Source of the DNA: an uncultured delta proteobacterium
GTDB taxonomy: Bacteria; Desulfobacterota; Syntrophobacteria; Syntrophobacterales; Syntrophobacteraceae
Direction of reading: 5' to 3'
DNA length: 64,000 nt
NCBI GenBank assembly: GCA_963808625.1
Contig: CAWEHK010000017.1
Location: forward strand, 46,435 to 110,434
The notes under the pieces are model-generated. The model was not told where the DNA came from, searched no databases, and saw only the letters and a program-made list of their open reading frames with translations. The position numbers and the translations under genes were made by a program. Shown piece after piece: positions 47,564 through 58,481 of this stretch (position 1 is its first letter; each line of letters opens with the position of its first letter).

Positions 47564-49124
47564 TTAAAGCCCCCACGGCAACCCCAGCAGCTGCCAGGCG
47601 ACGAAGAGCGCGATCCAGATCAGCGAGATCCACAGGACGTAGGGCAGCATCAGTGCCACGATCGTTCCCACGCCCGCATTCTTGTCATACTTCTGGGCAA
47701 AGGTGACTATCAGCGCGAAGTAGGCGTTCAACGGGGTGATCACGTTGATCGGTGCTATCGGCCACCCGGTAGGCCGCCAGCACCGCCTCCGGCGCCACCC
47801 CCAGTTTCATGAGCAAGGGCACGAAGATGGGGGCGAAGAGAGCCCATTTGGCGATGGCCCCGTTGATGAGCACGTCAATGATGGCGACGACCACGATGAA
47901 GCCGAGCAGCAGCAGCAGGGGAGGGAAGTTCGCGCTCTGAAGGACACCGGCCATCTTCACCGCCATGATGGTGCCGATGTTGCTGTAGTTGAAATAGGAG
48001 ATGAACTGGCTGAGGATGAAGAGCAGGAAGATGAGGCTGCCCAGACCCGACACCGCCTTCTCAATCGCCTTGATCACGTCGGTGCTGGTTTTCATCGTCC
48101 TGGCGCCGAATCCGTAGGCGGCGCCCGTGACCAGGAAGAGGACCATGATCAGGGCGATCAGACCGTTCATGAAGGGCGAATTGCCGATGAGGGCGCCGGT
48201 GTCCGGATTGCGCAGGGGCGCGCCCGACGGGAGCGTGAGCAGGCCGAAAACGACCAGAACCCCGGCGAGCGCGATGCCGGCGAACCGGAGCCCGCGCGAA
48301 TCGTGGTCCGCATCCGCTCCTTCCGCATCGGTCGCGCCAGCCCCCTCGGCATCCGGGTCGGGCTGTCCGCCCGCGTAGGCGCCGAGCCGCGGTTCAACCA
48401 CCCGCTGGGTAACGAACGTGATCACGACGGTCAGCAGGATGACGGAGACGATCGAGAACCAAAGGGTGGCGGTCAGGCCGATCGAGAGCGACGGGTTCAC
48501 GATGTGGATGGCGTCGTTGGTGAATTCGGTGAGGATTGCGTCCAGCGGCTTGACGAGCATGTTCACGGTGAACGCTCCGGCGACGGAGGCAAAGCCGGCG
48601 GCCAGTCCCGCGAGGGGATTCCGGCCGACGCTCAGGAATGCGGTGCCTGCCAGGGGGATGAGCACGAGATAGCCGGCGTCCGCCGCGAGGCTCGAAACAA
48701 TGCCGATGAAGACCAGGATGTAGGCAATGGCCCAACCGGGCGAGACCGCCACCAGCTTGCGAATGAGCGCCCTGATCAGTCCGGCCTCCTCCGCCACGCC
48801 GACGCCCATCATCGCCACGATGATCAGCCCCACCGCCGTGAAGCCCATGAAGCTCGGAATGATCGAGCTGTAGATGAAACGGATGCCTTCCGTGCTGAGC
48901 AGGCTCCTGACCGTCACGGTGGTGGTTTGAAGCTTCTCCGTCTGCGGGTCGATCATCTGCTGGGTGACGGACGCGCCCGTCAGATAAAGGACATGGGAGA
49001 GCACCATGACCAAAACCATGAGGGCCAGGAAGATGATCACCGGGTGCGGGACCTTGTTTCCCGCCTTCTCGACGCCGTCCAGCAACTTTTCCATGAATCC
49101 CTTGTCCGCTTGCGAAGCTTTCAT
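47564..49124 (-). CDS. AbgT family transporter (frameshift near 47750)
   Basis: VEKAGNKVPHP, VRSLLSTEG, GRNPLAG, AKWALFAPIFVPL, YRVADS, GTIVALMLPY. Confidence 0.92.
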
Positions 49125-49426
49125 CTCGGTATTGCTCCTTGTTGATAGTTGGTTCTTTTCATTGCCTCTTATGAGCCTCCTCCTCAGCCCCCTTGGTAAG
49201 GGGGTCATTTTTCGAGTGAACGCTGCGAAACTGAATTTTCAACAGCCTCTCAGCAAATCCCACGACCGGTCCGGCGTCCTGGTCGTGACCGCGTGTCAGA
49301 GATTCAAATCACCGATCCGAGTGCCGGGTTCAATCAGAACAAGATTCGGAACCGCCCAAAGAAAGCGCCCACCCCTCCGTTGATTCACGCGAACTGTTTC
49401 CATGGAAATGATCATCCGCAGTTCAG

Positions 49427-50629
49427 CTACTCTTCCAGCGTCGCCAGGGCGACGGCCAGTCGGCAGCCCTGGGCGAACTCATGCAGGTCGACGTACTCTT
49501 TGACCGTGTGAACCTCGTATTGGCCGACGCCGAAGGTGACCGTCGGCACGCCGTGCTTATCGAGCCAGTTGGCGTCCAGGCCGCCATTGGAAAAGATCGT
49601 CGTGGGCGTCATTCCGAGCGATTCCACGGCCCGCTTGGCCCGGGCGACTGCCGGTGAATCCTCCGGCAAGTTGAACGACGGATAGGAAGGTTTGCTCGAG
49701 AACTTCACGTCGGCCGTCGCGCCGTCGGCGTCCTTCACTTCCTCCCGGGCCTTGGCGAATGCTTCCCGGTACCCCTCGCAGATGGCCGTAGCGAACGCCC
49801 CCTCCTGGCTCCGCGCCTCGCCCTTGATTTGCACGTAATCGGTGACAACATTCGTGGCGTCGCCCGCCGGTTGGCCGTCCTTGCCGCTGAAGACGCCCAC
49901 GTTGCTGGTGCCTTTGCCGTCCGGCTTGACGACCTTGCCGAACCAGCCGCTGCGGTGCGCCTCGGTCAATGCCACGGCTGCCACCAAAGTCGCCGAGATC
50001 CCCTTTTCCGGGGCGAGGCCGGCATGAGCTGCCTTGCCGGTGATCTCCACTTCCCAGTTCTCTTGACCCACCGCACCAATGATCAGCTCCGAAGCGAGTT
50101 TGCTGTCCACATTAAAACACATTGTAGCCCCGCCCAGGTCGGCCGGGTCCAACTCGCGAGCGCCGTGCAGTCCACTCTCCTCGCGCACGGTGAAGAGCAC
50201 GGTCAGCGGCGGGTGGGGCAGCTTGTGCTTGAGCAGCGTCTCAACCAAGGCGACCAGCGCGGCGCAGCCGGTACGATTATCGCCGCCGAGGGCCGTCGTG
50301 CCGTCAGAGACGATGCGGTCGCCCTCGCGCCTGGGTTTGGCGCCGGCGCACAAGGGCACCGTATCAAGGTGGGTTGAGAAGAGCAGGCGCGGACCGGGAC
50401 GGGTGCCGGGGAGCGTGACGATCAGGTTGCCGGTCTCGGTCGGCACGGGAATCCGCTCGTGAACCGTGTCGAACCGGATGGCCGACGGCGGCACGCCGAC
50501 GGCTTTCAACTCATCGATCACAGCGGCCGCGATGGCCGCCTCCTGGCCCGTGACCCCATCCACCGCCAGAAATTTCAGCAGGTGGTCCTCAGCGGACTTG
50601 ACGTCCAGTGGAATGTCTTTGCTGCTCAT
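49427..50629 (-). CDS. M20 family metallopeptidase (peptidase T-like)
   Basis: THLDTVP, LGGDNRTG, TVREESG, GKAAHAG, GGLDAN, VHTVKE. Confidence 0.9.
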   Translation of the reverse strand: MSSKDIPLDVKSAEDHLLKFLAVDGVTGQEAAIAAAVIDELKAVGVPPSAIRFDTVHERIPVPTETGNLIVTLPGTRPGPRLLFSTHLDTVPLCAGAKPRREGDRIVSDGTTALGGDNRTGCAALVALVETLLKHKLPHPPLTVLFTVREESGLHGARELDPADLGGATMCFNVDSKLASELIIGAVGQENWEVEITGKAAHAGLAPEKGISATLVAAVALTEAHRSGWFGKVVKPDGKGTSNVGVFSGKDGQPAGDATNVVTDYVQIKGEARSQEGAFATAICEGYREAFAKAREEVKDADGATADVKFSSKPSYPSFNLPEDSPAVARAKRAVESLGMTPTTIFSNGGLDANWLDKHGVPTVTFGVGQYEVHTVKEYVDLHEFAQGCRLAVALATLEE

Positions 50630-50769
50630 GATGTAGTCCTTTTCTGTGTGTCGGTGACAGGAATTTGCTTTTGGGGCCGGGGCGATGATTCGACCCTCAG
50701 CCGCCCCGCACGCCAGTCGGAACCGCGCCGGTGTTGGCCTCCGCGCGGACGGTACGCTTTTTTAATAGA

Positions 50770-50895
50770 GCCTCTTGCAAAAGTCCTTTTCACCCTTTAA
50801 GACCTCAGTGCGAAAGGACTTTTGCATGCGTAAGGTGCTGAATTTCTGTCCGTGGTGAGAGACGGTATCGAACAACGAGAGGTATCGAACAACGA
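50770..50895. repeat. Inverted repeat plus a 15-bp direct repeat in the divergent intergenic region
   Basis: TGCAAAAGTCCTTT ... AAAGGACTTTTGCA; GGTATCGAACAACGA at 50864 and 50881. Confidence 0.6.
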
Positions 50896-51200
50896 ACGAA
50901 AATAGCCCTGTAAGAATATCTACATTAAGCTATTTAACCACCGACGGTTTGTCAAGGGGAAAAACGGGCCACGGTGAACTTGTTCTGGCATTATCAAAGA
51001 GTTAATTCGTCGTACTTAAGGTGAACTCTGGTCAAACCCCATCCAATCATGTATAAAAAGATACATTGTACACTATAAGTTCGCTTGGTTTTCGATTATC
51101 TGAAAATGACGACAAACTCTTGCGCCTCCGTCCATATATTGACAGAGAACAAATTTACCGTGAAAAACGGACGAAGGGTATAGGAATTTGCGTTTTTTTT

Positions 51201-51285
51201 AACCACGAAGGACACGAAGATCACGAAGAAGAGCACAGAGATTATTGTGAAAGCATTCCTTCATGTTCTTCGTGCTCTTCGTCGT
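51201..51285. repeat. Empty AACCACGAAG-type inverted-repeat element
   Basis: AACCACGAAGGACACGAAGATCACGAAG ... CTTCATGTTCTTCGTGCTCTTCGTCGT; near-identical copy at 63738. Confidence 0.75.
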
Positions 51286-51293
51286 AAATGCCC

Positions 51294-51350
51294 TTGACAG
51301 GAGCCACGAGAGGTGCTACCCGAAAAACCACTCAAAGCTATTTCTTATTA
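51294..51350 (+). promoter_or_regulatory. Copy of the dispersed ~57-bp element, upstream of the RND operon
   Basis: TTGACAGGAGCCACGAGAGGTGCTACCCGAAAAACCACTCAAAGCTATTTCTTATTA. Confidence 0.55.
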
Positions 51351-51479
51351 TCTTATCACCTCAAAAGGGGCGGCGCGAGGGTGACCTCGACCATGGTGTC
51401 ATGACGCGTGATGGTTAGCCCGAATCGAACTTACCATGAGATTTGGGGTAAAGCCCACGCCTGGGTGGGAGAAGCAGTG

Positions 51480-52775
51480 ATGAACCCGAAAAGGAGTGCT
51501 CGCAGGGGCTTCAGTCTAAGCCTGCCGATCGCGTTGTCAATCATCTGTCTTGTCGTCGGGTGCTCGCGGCAGGAACCGCCTCGTTCAGAGGTGGTTCGTC
51601 CCGTTAAGACGATGGTCGTGACAGCCGGGGAGGCAATCAATGTACGTTCCTTCTCCGGGAGGGTCCAAGGGTCGAAAAACGTCGAGCTTGCCTTCCGCGT
51701 AGCCGGTCTGCTGGTCAGACTGCCGGTCAAGGAGGGACAGAACGTCGCCAAGGACGAGATGATCGCCCAGCTCCGGCAGGGCGAATTTCAGGCCCGGCTG
51801 AAGGCCGCGCAAGGCCAACTCGACCAGTCTCGGGCTGTCCTCAGCGCGCTGAGACTGGGGGAACGATCCGAGGAGCGACTGCGGCGGGAAGCGCAGGCGC
51901 GGGCGGCCGAGGCGCGGCTCGCGAACGCCCGGGCAGAATTTGAGCGTTTCGCGCGGCTGATCCGGTCGAATGCCGTCTCGCGCTCGGATTACGAGCGTGC
52001 TGAGACCGCCTACCGCATTGCCCAGGAAGATTACAAGGCAGCCGTCCAGATCCTCGAGCAGGCAACCATTGCCCGCCCGGAGGACATCGAGGCCCAGGAG
52101 GCCCAGGTCCGTGTTCTGGAAAGCCGCCTGGGCGAAGCGGACATCGACCTCAAGGATTCCACGCTCCGCGCCCCCTACGACGGCGTGATTGCCCGGCGTT
52201 TCGTCGATGAGGGGCAGAACATCAGGGCGAAGGAGCCTGTGGTACAGTTCAAGAACGCTGACGAGGTCGACATCGTTGTCGACGTGCCGGAGGCGTTCAT
52301 GATCGCCGACATTCGGTCGGCCAAAATCGTGCAAATGATGGCGACGTTCAGCGGGGCCCCTGGACTTGAGTTTCCGGTGCAGGTCAAAGAGGTCGCGCAA
52401 GCAGCGGACCCCATTACCCAGACCTTCGAAGTTCGCGTTACCATGAAGTCCCCGCCCGGCATCAATCTGCTGCCGGGCATGACGGCCACGGTAACCCCCA
52501 CCTACCGCCGTGACGGCAGCCAGGGTGACCGGATTCTCGTGCCGATTTCCGCCGTCTTCAAGGACGGCAAGGGGGAGCAAGTGGCGTGGGTCGTCGGGCC
52601 GGATCAAACCGTCTCGCGCCGCCCGGTGAAGCTCGGCGAAACGACAGGCGGCAAGATCGCAATCACGGCGGGACTGCAACCGGGCGACCGCGTCGCGGTG
52701 GCGGGCGTGACGTTCCTGCGCGAAGGGATGAAGGTGAGGGATCTGGGCGACGCACTCGGAGGCGGACAGTCATGA
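51480..52775 (+). CDS. RND efflux periplasmic adaptor subunit (lipoprotein)
   Basis: VVGC lipobox-like motif, VRPVKTM, LAFRVAG, LRAPYDG, LLPGMTA. Confidence 0.92.
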   Translation: MNPKRSARRGFSLSLPIALSIICLVVGCSRQEPPRSEVVRPVKTMVVTAGEAINVRSFSGRVQGSKNVELAFRVAGLLVRLPVKEGQNVAKDEMIAQLRQGEFQARLKAAQGQLDQSRAVLSALRLGERSEERLRREAQARAAEARLANARAEFERFARLIRSNAVSRSDYERAETAYRIAQEDYKAAVQILEQATIARPEDIEAQEAQVRVLESRLGEADIDLKDSTLRAPYDGVIARRFVDEGQNIRAKEPVVQFKNADEVDIVVDVPEAFMIADIRSAKIVQMMATFSGAPGLEFPVQVKEVAQAADPITQTFEVRVTMKSPPGINLLPGMTATVTPTYRRDGSQGDRILVPISAVFKDGKGEQVAWVVGPDQTVSRRPVKLGETTGGKIAITAGLQPGDRVAVAGVTFLREGMKVRDLGDALGGGQS

Positions 52776-55700
52776 ACCCCGGCGAGCTCTCCATCCGCAA
52801 TAACCGTGTCGTTTTCGTCGCGATGATCCTCATCCTCATCGGCGGGTTCGTGGCCTATCAAAACATGGGCCGGCTCGAGGATCCGGAGTTCACGATCAAG
52901 GAAGCGCTGATCATCACGCCATACCCCGGGGCGAGCGCCGAAGAGGTCGCCAAGGAGGTCACCAACCCGATCGAAAGCGCCCTGCAGCAGCTCGGCCAGC
53001 TCGATCGCGTCGACTCGGAGTCCTCGCGCGGGATGTCCGTCGTCAGCGCGCATATCAAAGACCGGTTCCACAAGGACGCGATCCCGCAGGTGTGGGACGA
53101 GCTTCGTCGCAAGATCGCCGACGTCCAATCGCAGCTGCCGCCCTCGGTACGCGGCACCTCGATGGTGATCGACGATTTCGGCGACGTCTACGGCATCTTC
53201 CTGGCCATTACCGGCGACGGCTACTCATCCTCGGAACTGCGCCGCTACACCGAGTTCCTCCGCCGCGAGCTGCTGTTGGTGCAGGGCGTCAAGAAAGTCG
53301 ATCTCTTCGCCGCACAGCACGAAGTCGTCTTCCTCGAAATCTCGCGGCAACGGCTGGCGCAGCTCGGCATCAACGAGGAGCAAATCTACAGCCAGCTCCA
53401 GGCGAGGAACGTCGCCGCCGACGGCGGCCGCGTGCGCGTCGGCGATGAGCACATCGCCCTGGATCCGCACGGTGCCTTCGCCTCGGCCGAGGACATGCTG
53501 GATCTGGTGATCGGCTCGGACCGGACGGGCCGCCAGCTCGTCCTCAGGGACGTCGCCACGCTGGCGCGCGGCGATCAGGACCCGCCGCGCCGTCTGCTGC
53601 GCTACGACGGTAAGCCGGCCATCGGCCTGGGAATCTCCACGGTGCAGGGCGGCAACGTCGTGACCCTGGGCGACGGCGTCCGGCGAAAGCTCGAGGAGCT
53701 CAAATCCTTCCAGCCGATCGGCATCGAGATCGGCGAGATCAACTTCCAGCCCGAGGCGGTCAGGGCGGCCACCAATGAGTTCATGTTCAACCTGGGCAAG
53801 GCGGTCACCATCGTCTTCGTGGTGCTCCTGTTCGCGATGGGCCGCAAGACCGGGCTCATCATCGGGGCGGTGCTGTTCCTCACGATCATGGCGACCTTCC
53901 TCGTCATGTACATGAAGGGCGACCTCCTGATGGAGCGCATCTCGCTGGGCGCGCTCATCATCGCGCTGTGCATGCTCACGGACAACGCGATCATCGTCAT
54001 CGAGGGGATCAAGGTCGGGATCGAGAAGGGCGAGGACAAGCTCAAGGTGGTCCGCGAGGTGGTTGGACAGAACCAGTGGTCGCTCTTCGGGGCGACGGCC
54101 ATCGGCATCATCGCCTTTGCCGCGATCGGCCTGTCGGAAGATGCGACCGGAGAATATACCAACTCGCTCTTCTGGGTCATCCTGATTTCCCTGAGCCTGA
54201 GCTGGGTTTCGTCGGTCACGATCACGCCGCTCTTGAGCTATCTGGCTTTCAAACCCAAGGCCGGCGGGGCATCTGCGCAGAGCGATCCGTACAACAGCCT
54301 CCCGTTTCGGATCTACCGGCAGTTGCTGGTGCTGGCGCTTCGCCACCGCTGGGCGGTGGTGGCGCTGGTGACCGTGTCGTTCGTCCTGTCGCTGCACGGC
54401 TTCACGAAGGTCAGCCAGAGCTTCTTCCCCCCCGCCACACGGCCGCAGTTCATGGTCGACACGTTTCTGCCGGCCGGCACCCACATCCGCGAGACCGAGG
54501 CGTTCGCCGGCACCGTCCAGCGATACATCCAGGCCCAGCCCGGCGTTACGCATGTCACGTCGTTCATCGGCGGCGGCGGGCTGCGCTTCATGCTCGTCTA
54601 CAGTCCGGAGCGGGAGAACCGCGCCTTCGTGCAGTTCCTGGTCGACGTCGACGACTGGAAGAAGATCGACGGGTTGATTGTTGACATCCAGAAGCATCTG
54701 GACGAGCGGCACCCGAATGCCAACGCCATCGCCAGGAAGTTTCTCCTGGGCCCCGGCCTAGGCGGGCGCATTCAGGCGCGGTTCCAAGGCCCCGATCCGG
54801 CGAAACTGCGGGAGCTCGGCGATCAGGCGGTGACGATTCTGAGAGACGGCGGCGGGACTCTCGCCGTGCGCAGCGACTGGCGCGAGCGCGAAAAGGTCAT
54901 CCGCCCCAAGCTGCTCGAATCCCAGGCGCACCGCAACGGCATCACGCGCGTCGAGGTGGCCCAGGCCTTGGCCAGCAGCTTCGAGGGACGCGTGGTCGGC
55001 TTCTTCCGCGAGCCGGGGAGCGCCGGCACGGGTGTCTACCCGCAGGAGACGCGGCTGCTGCCGATCGTCGCCCGACCGCCCCTCGCCGAGCGCCGCGACG
55101 TCGCGGCGATCCCCAGCCTGCAGATCTGGAGCCCGGCCGCCGGGCGGATGATCCCCCTGAATCAGGTCACGTCCGGCGCCGAAGTCGTCTGGGAAGACCC
55201 GGTCGTGATGCGCCGTGACCGCTTCCCGACCCTCATCGTCCACGCCGACCCGCGGTCCGGCCTGCCCAGCGAGCTGTTCAACCGGGTACGGTCGAAGATC
55301 GAGGAGATACCGCTGCCGCCGGGCTATTCCTTTGCCTGGGGAGGTGAGTACGAAGACTCCGGCCGCGCCCGCGCCGCCCTGGCCCGGCCCCTCCCCTACG
55401 TGCTGGCGCTCATGGTGTTCATCGTCGTGTGCCTGTTCAACTCGATCCGCACCACACTGCTGATCTGGCTGATCATGCCGATGATGATCATCGGCGTGAC
55501 CGCGGGGTTGTTGCTCACCCGCCAGCCGTTCGGGTTCATGGCCCTCTTGGGAGTGCTCGCCGTGGGTGGCGAGCTGATCAAAACCCAGATCGTCGTCCTG
55601 AGCAAGGTCGCCACGGAGCGCGAGAAGGGGAAGACGGCCTATCAGGCGATCCTGGATGCGGGCGTGACCAAGATGCGGCCGGTGAGCATGGTGGTGTTGA

Positions 55701-55915
55701 CGACCGTCCTCGGGATGATCCCCCTGCTGGTGGACCCGTTCTTCGGGGCCATGGCCGTGTGCATCATGTTCGGGCTGACGGTGGCGGCCATCCTCTCCCT
55801 GATCGTGACGCCGGTGTTGTACGCCACGTTCTATCGTATTCATGAGGGGGACGCCGGGACCGGCGCCGAGCGGCTGACGCTGCCCGCTGATCCCAAAGGG
55901 GCGCGATCCGTGTGA
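52772..55915 (+). CDS. RND efflux permease subunit (AcrB/D/F family)
   Basis: GRLEDPEFTIK, DDFGDVYG, TDNAII, MRPVSMVVLTTVLGMIPL. Confidence 0.95.
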   Translation: MNPGELSIRNNRVVFVAMILILIGGFVAYQNMGRLEDPEFTIKEALIITPYPGASAEEVAKEVTNPIESALQQLGQLDRVDSESSRGMSVVSAHIKDRFHKDAIPQVWDELRRKIADVQSQLPPSVRGTSMVIDDFGDVYGIFLAITGDGYSSSELRRYTEFLRRELLLVQGVKKVDLFAAQHEVVFLEISRQRLAQLGINEEQIYSQLQARNVAADGGRVRVGDEHIALDPHGAFASAEDMLDLVIGSDRTGRQLVLRDVATLARGDQDPPRRLLRYDGKPAIGLGISTVQGGNVVTLGDGVRRKLEELKSFQPIGIEIGEINFQPEAVRAATNEFMFNLGKAVTIVFVVLLFAMGRKTGLIIGAVLFLTIMATFLVMYMKGDLLMERISLGALIIALCMLTDNAIIVIEGIKVGIEKGEDKLKVVREVVGQNQWSLFGATAIGIIAFAAIGLSEDATGEYTNSLFWVILISLSLSWVSSVTITPLLSYLAFKPKAGGASAQSDPYNSLPFRIYRQLLVLALRHRWAVVALVTVSFVLSLHGFTKVSQSFFPPATRPQFMVDTFLPAGTHIRETEAFAGTVQRYIQAQPGVTHVTSFIGGGGLRFMLVYSPERENRAFVQFLVDVDDWKKIDGLIVDIQKHLDERHPNANAIARKFLLGPGLGGRIQARFQGPDPAKLRELGDQAVTILRDGGGTLAVRSDWREREKVIRPKLLESQAHRNGITRVEVAQALASSFEGRVVGFFREPGSAGTGVYPQETRLLPIVARPPLAERRDVAAIPSLQIWSPAAGRMIPLNQVTSGAEVVWEDPVVMRRDRFPTLIVHADPRSGLPSELFNRVRSKIEEIPLPPGYSFAWGGEYEDSGRARAALARPLPYVLALMVFIVVCLFNSIRTTLLIWLIMPMMIIGVTAGLLLTRQPFGFMALLGVLAVGGELIKTQIVVLSKVATEREKGKTAYQAILDAGVTKMRPVSMVVLTTVLGMIPLLVDPFFGAMAVCIMFGLTVAAILSLIVTPVLYATFYRIHEGDAGTGAERLTLPADPKGARSV

Positions 55916-55929
55916 TGCCCTGTGTGCAT

Positions 55930-56160
55930 TGAAGCTCAGTGATAAGCACATCGGTTATTCTGCCTTCACCCTTGAGCATGGCCAGGACCTTGGAGCGGAA
56001 GATCCCTTCCAACTCCTTTAGGTCCCTTTTGGGCAGGCAATAGAAGGTCCCGTACGGTCGAAAGAGCCCGTCGGCGACAATGGCATGAAGATGGGGATGA
56101 AACCTGGCGTAATCTCCGAAGGTGTGGATGACCATGATCATGCCGAGAATGCCGTCGTCA
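55930..56160 (-). mobile_element. IS91-family (HUH) transposase fragment
   Basis: GMIMVIHTFGDYARFHPHLHAIVADGLF; about 160 bp repeated at 58912-59073. Confidence 0.8.
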
Positions 56161-56224
56161 AGAGCACAGCACCGTGCGCAAGAACATCTGCAGGCTCTCG
56201 TTGGCACAAGAGGGGAGATACCAA

Positions 56225-56345
56225 ATGTCCACAACCCATCAAGACAACGCAGGAAAGCAGTTTGATTCAGTACTACTCGATGAGTATCAAGGATTTCTCT
56301 CAACCCATCGTGGCCTGGCAAAGGAGACCATACGTATCAGGGCGA
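56225..56345 (+). pseudogene. Possible tyrosine recombinase N-terminal fragment
   Basis: LLDEYQGFLSTHRGLAKETIR resembles the Y..FL...RGLA..TI helix of integrase N-terminal domains; truncated. Confidence 0.4.
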
Positions 56346-56412
56346 TAGATAATCAAATTCCATTTTGCCGTTTCTTCCCGGTGCGTCATATCTTCCGCCG
56401 CAGAGGTGTCAC

Positions 56413-57180
56413 TCACTGCGCATGCAGGGATTGAGAGAGGCTTAGGAGGTTTTTGGGGACCACGCGAATAAGGCCACCGCGGGGACTGTCGATGTCCGCT
56501 ATAAGAAGGAATGAAATGGAAACAATAAGCGGCAGAACCAGAAGCAAGAAAGATCCCGCTCTATCGTTTTTTGCACCAAAGCCAACCAGCACGTTGGAGA
56601 AGATGGCGATCGCCGCCATCAGGCCCCATGCCGCAATCGGTATTCGGTTCCGCCACGCTGCCTGCGTGTAGCCCTGCGAGTTCAACACATCGTTCATGCC
56701 TGCAACTGCCAGAGCGACAACGGGTTCCGGTCGCGCAACAGCCGGAACCTGGACAGCGGACCACAACTCGGCCTGCAATTTGGCAGTTTGGGCTTTGATC
56801 TGCCGAAGCTGTTGCCCATCGCGGGTGCTATAGTGCAAGACACGCTGATCGAGGTAGTCCAGAAGCAGCGCCCGCGCTTTCACCGCATCGGCGGCAGGCA
56901 ACAGGTCGGCCCGGACATATTCCGTACCGATCGCGTTGGCCTCTTCCCCCTCACAATTCTTACGCAGATCGTACCTGCCTATGGCCATCGAAAAGCTGAA
57001 TCCGATGATGAGGCCGAGTAGTGTCAGCGTAGCGGCCCGGACAACGCTAAACTCTTCAAGCGCCTCAGCTTCCAGGGTTCGCCGCCTCCGGGAAAAAAAC
57101 TTTCCGATCCACGCCGAGAGCGAGAGGCCGAAGAAAGATAGCGCGAAAACAAACAGTGGGTAATCCACTATATTAGCCAT
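56413..57180 (-). CDS. Membrane protein, DUF4239/bestrophin-like
   Basis: LTLLGLIIGFSFSMA..RYD.R...EEANAIGTEYVRADLL, IADIDSPRGGLIRV. Confidence 0.75.
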   Translation of the reverse strand: MANIVDYPLFVFALSFFGLSLSAWIGKFFSRRRRTLEAEALEEFSVVRAATLTLLGLIIGFSFSMAIGRYDLRKNCEGEEANAIGTEYVRADLLPAADAVKARALLLDYLDQRVLHYSTRDGQQLRQIKAQTAKLQAELWSAVQVPAVARPEPVVALAVAGMNDVLNSQGYTQAAWRNRIPIAAWGLMAAIAIFSNVLVGFGAKNDRAGSFLLLVLPLIVSISFLLIADIDSPRGGLIRVVPKNLLSLSQSLHAQ

Positions 57181-57559
57181 ACTATATCGCTCCTATCGTG
57201 AAAAACTATGTTTACCGCGTTTTCCCCACGGACCAACCGAATTGGCCCGAGCAGATCGGATATGATAAACAGAAACTACCTCAGCGAGCGCCCCGACAGC
57301 ACAGACTGCGGCAGTGTGTCATCAGAACATTTTCTGTCTGCAGCTCCTGGCCTTTATCCGCCGCGAGATCACAAGACGGCGACCGCAGCTCAACCCAACC
57401 GTGCCAAGTTGCACGGCACGCGAGCGGGAATGGTCTCGGACGATCGACGATAAGAAATTGCCTTTTGACGGCCTTGTAATAGCACTTAACATGGGTGCGG
57501 ACAATAACCTTTTCGGTTCGATCCTTTCGTTCCACGATTCCAGCAATGCTATTGCCGGA

Positions 57560-57824
57560 CTATGATTCGAAGCAGCGACTGCGCAGGTCATCGGTCTTAC
57601 CGACATTTCGCCGGTCACCTCATCTTCACCTGCACCTGGGGTCGGCCCCCTCCCGGGGGCTCCCGGCTCCCGGAGGTCATATTCGGTGCCATCTTAGATC
57701 CTTCACTTTGAACCGACCGTCCGCAGATCCTGGAGTCTGCAGCACCGCCAGAGGGGTACCTACCTTCATACCCGACTTCGAATACGGGACGCTGAGCCCT
57801 CGGACTCTTCCCGGTAGACCGCAC
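57560..57824 (-). ncRNA. Possible 5' fragment of a group II intron (no RT, no domain V seen)
   Basis: Non-coding, hairpin-rich stretch starting GTGCGGTCTACCGGG, which fits the GUGYG 5' consensus. The 3' extent is uncertain. Confidence 0.4.
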
Positions 57825-57874
57825 TGCAGATGATCAGATCATCCGCCTTTTCGAACCCAAATTGAGCGATTTCC

Positions 57875-57960
57875 TACCCCCTCCCCCTACCCCTCCCGCC
57901 AGGGGAGGGGTTGTACAGAATAGTCCCTCCCCCTCGATGGGGGAGGTTAGGTGGGGGTGA
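57875..57960. repeat. CCCTCCCC-type REP-like palindrome pair
   Basis: ACCCCCTCCCCCTACCCTCCCGCCAGGGGAGGGG ... CCCTCCCCCTCGATGGGGGAGGTTAGGTGGGGGT. Confidence 0.6.
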
Positions 57961-58390
57961 AATCATTGTCAGAACGAAACGTTACCCTACTGCAGAGGAC
58001 CGAATCGCTCAACTTGGGAAACAGGCATTTCCGGCAAAGGATACAGCGGGCAGGCACCGGATCAAAGCAGGGATGTTTGATCACAGCAAGGTTCAGACGC
58101 TCCAGTTTTTCATATTCAGTGACCTTAAGTCGGACTCCCAGGAGTTTTGCAATCTTCTGCAGTTCGCAATGCCTTTTGGACAGGCAGTTCTTGCAGTCCA
58201 TGTGATGGGCCGTCATGATCAGCTGAAAGTCTATCCGCTGGAGCTGTCTGACCGTCGGCGTATCCGTCTTGACCACCATCCCATCCCTTCACCAGACAGG
58301 AGGTGCGGGGCTTGAGTTCGCCTTCGATTTCAACAAGGCATAGTCTGCAAGACCCTGTAGGATTCTCCATTTCTTTGAGGTGGCACAGGT
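57947..58390 (-). pseudogene. Fragment of a 2Fe-2S/4Fe-4S N-terminal module (NuoG/hydrogenase/FDH-like)
   Basis: [14 protein letters not shown]...[11 protein letters not shown]....HCELQ, CILCRKC; broken and truncated. Confidence 0.7.
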
Positions 58391-58481
58391 TGGGAATGTA
58401 AATATCTCCAGAGATTTAAGTTTAACGGCCGGGCCGGCCGTCGTCGAAATCCTCAATGACAAGCGGCCCGTCCGCAGGCGC

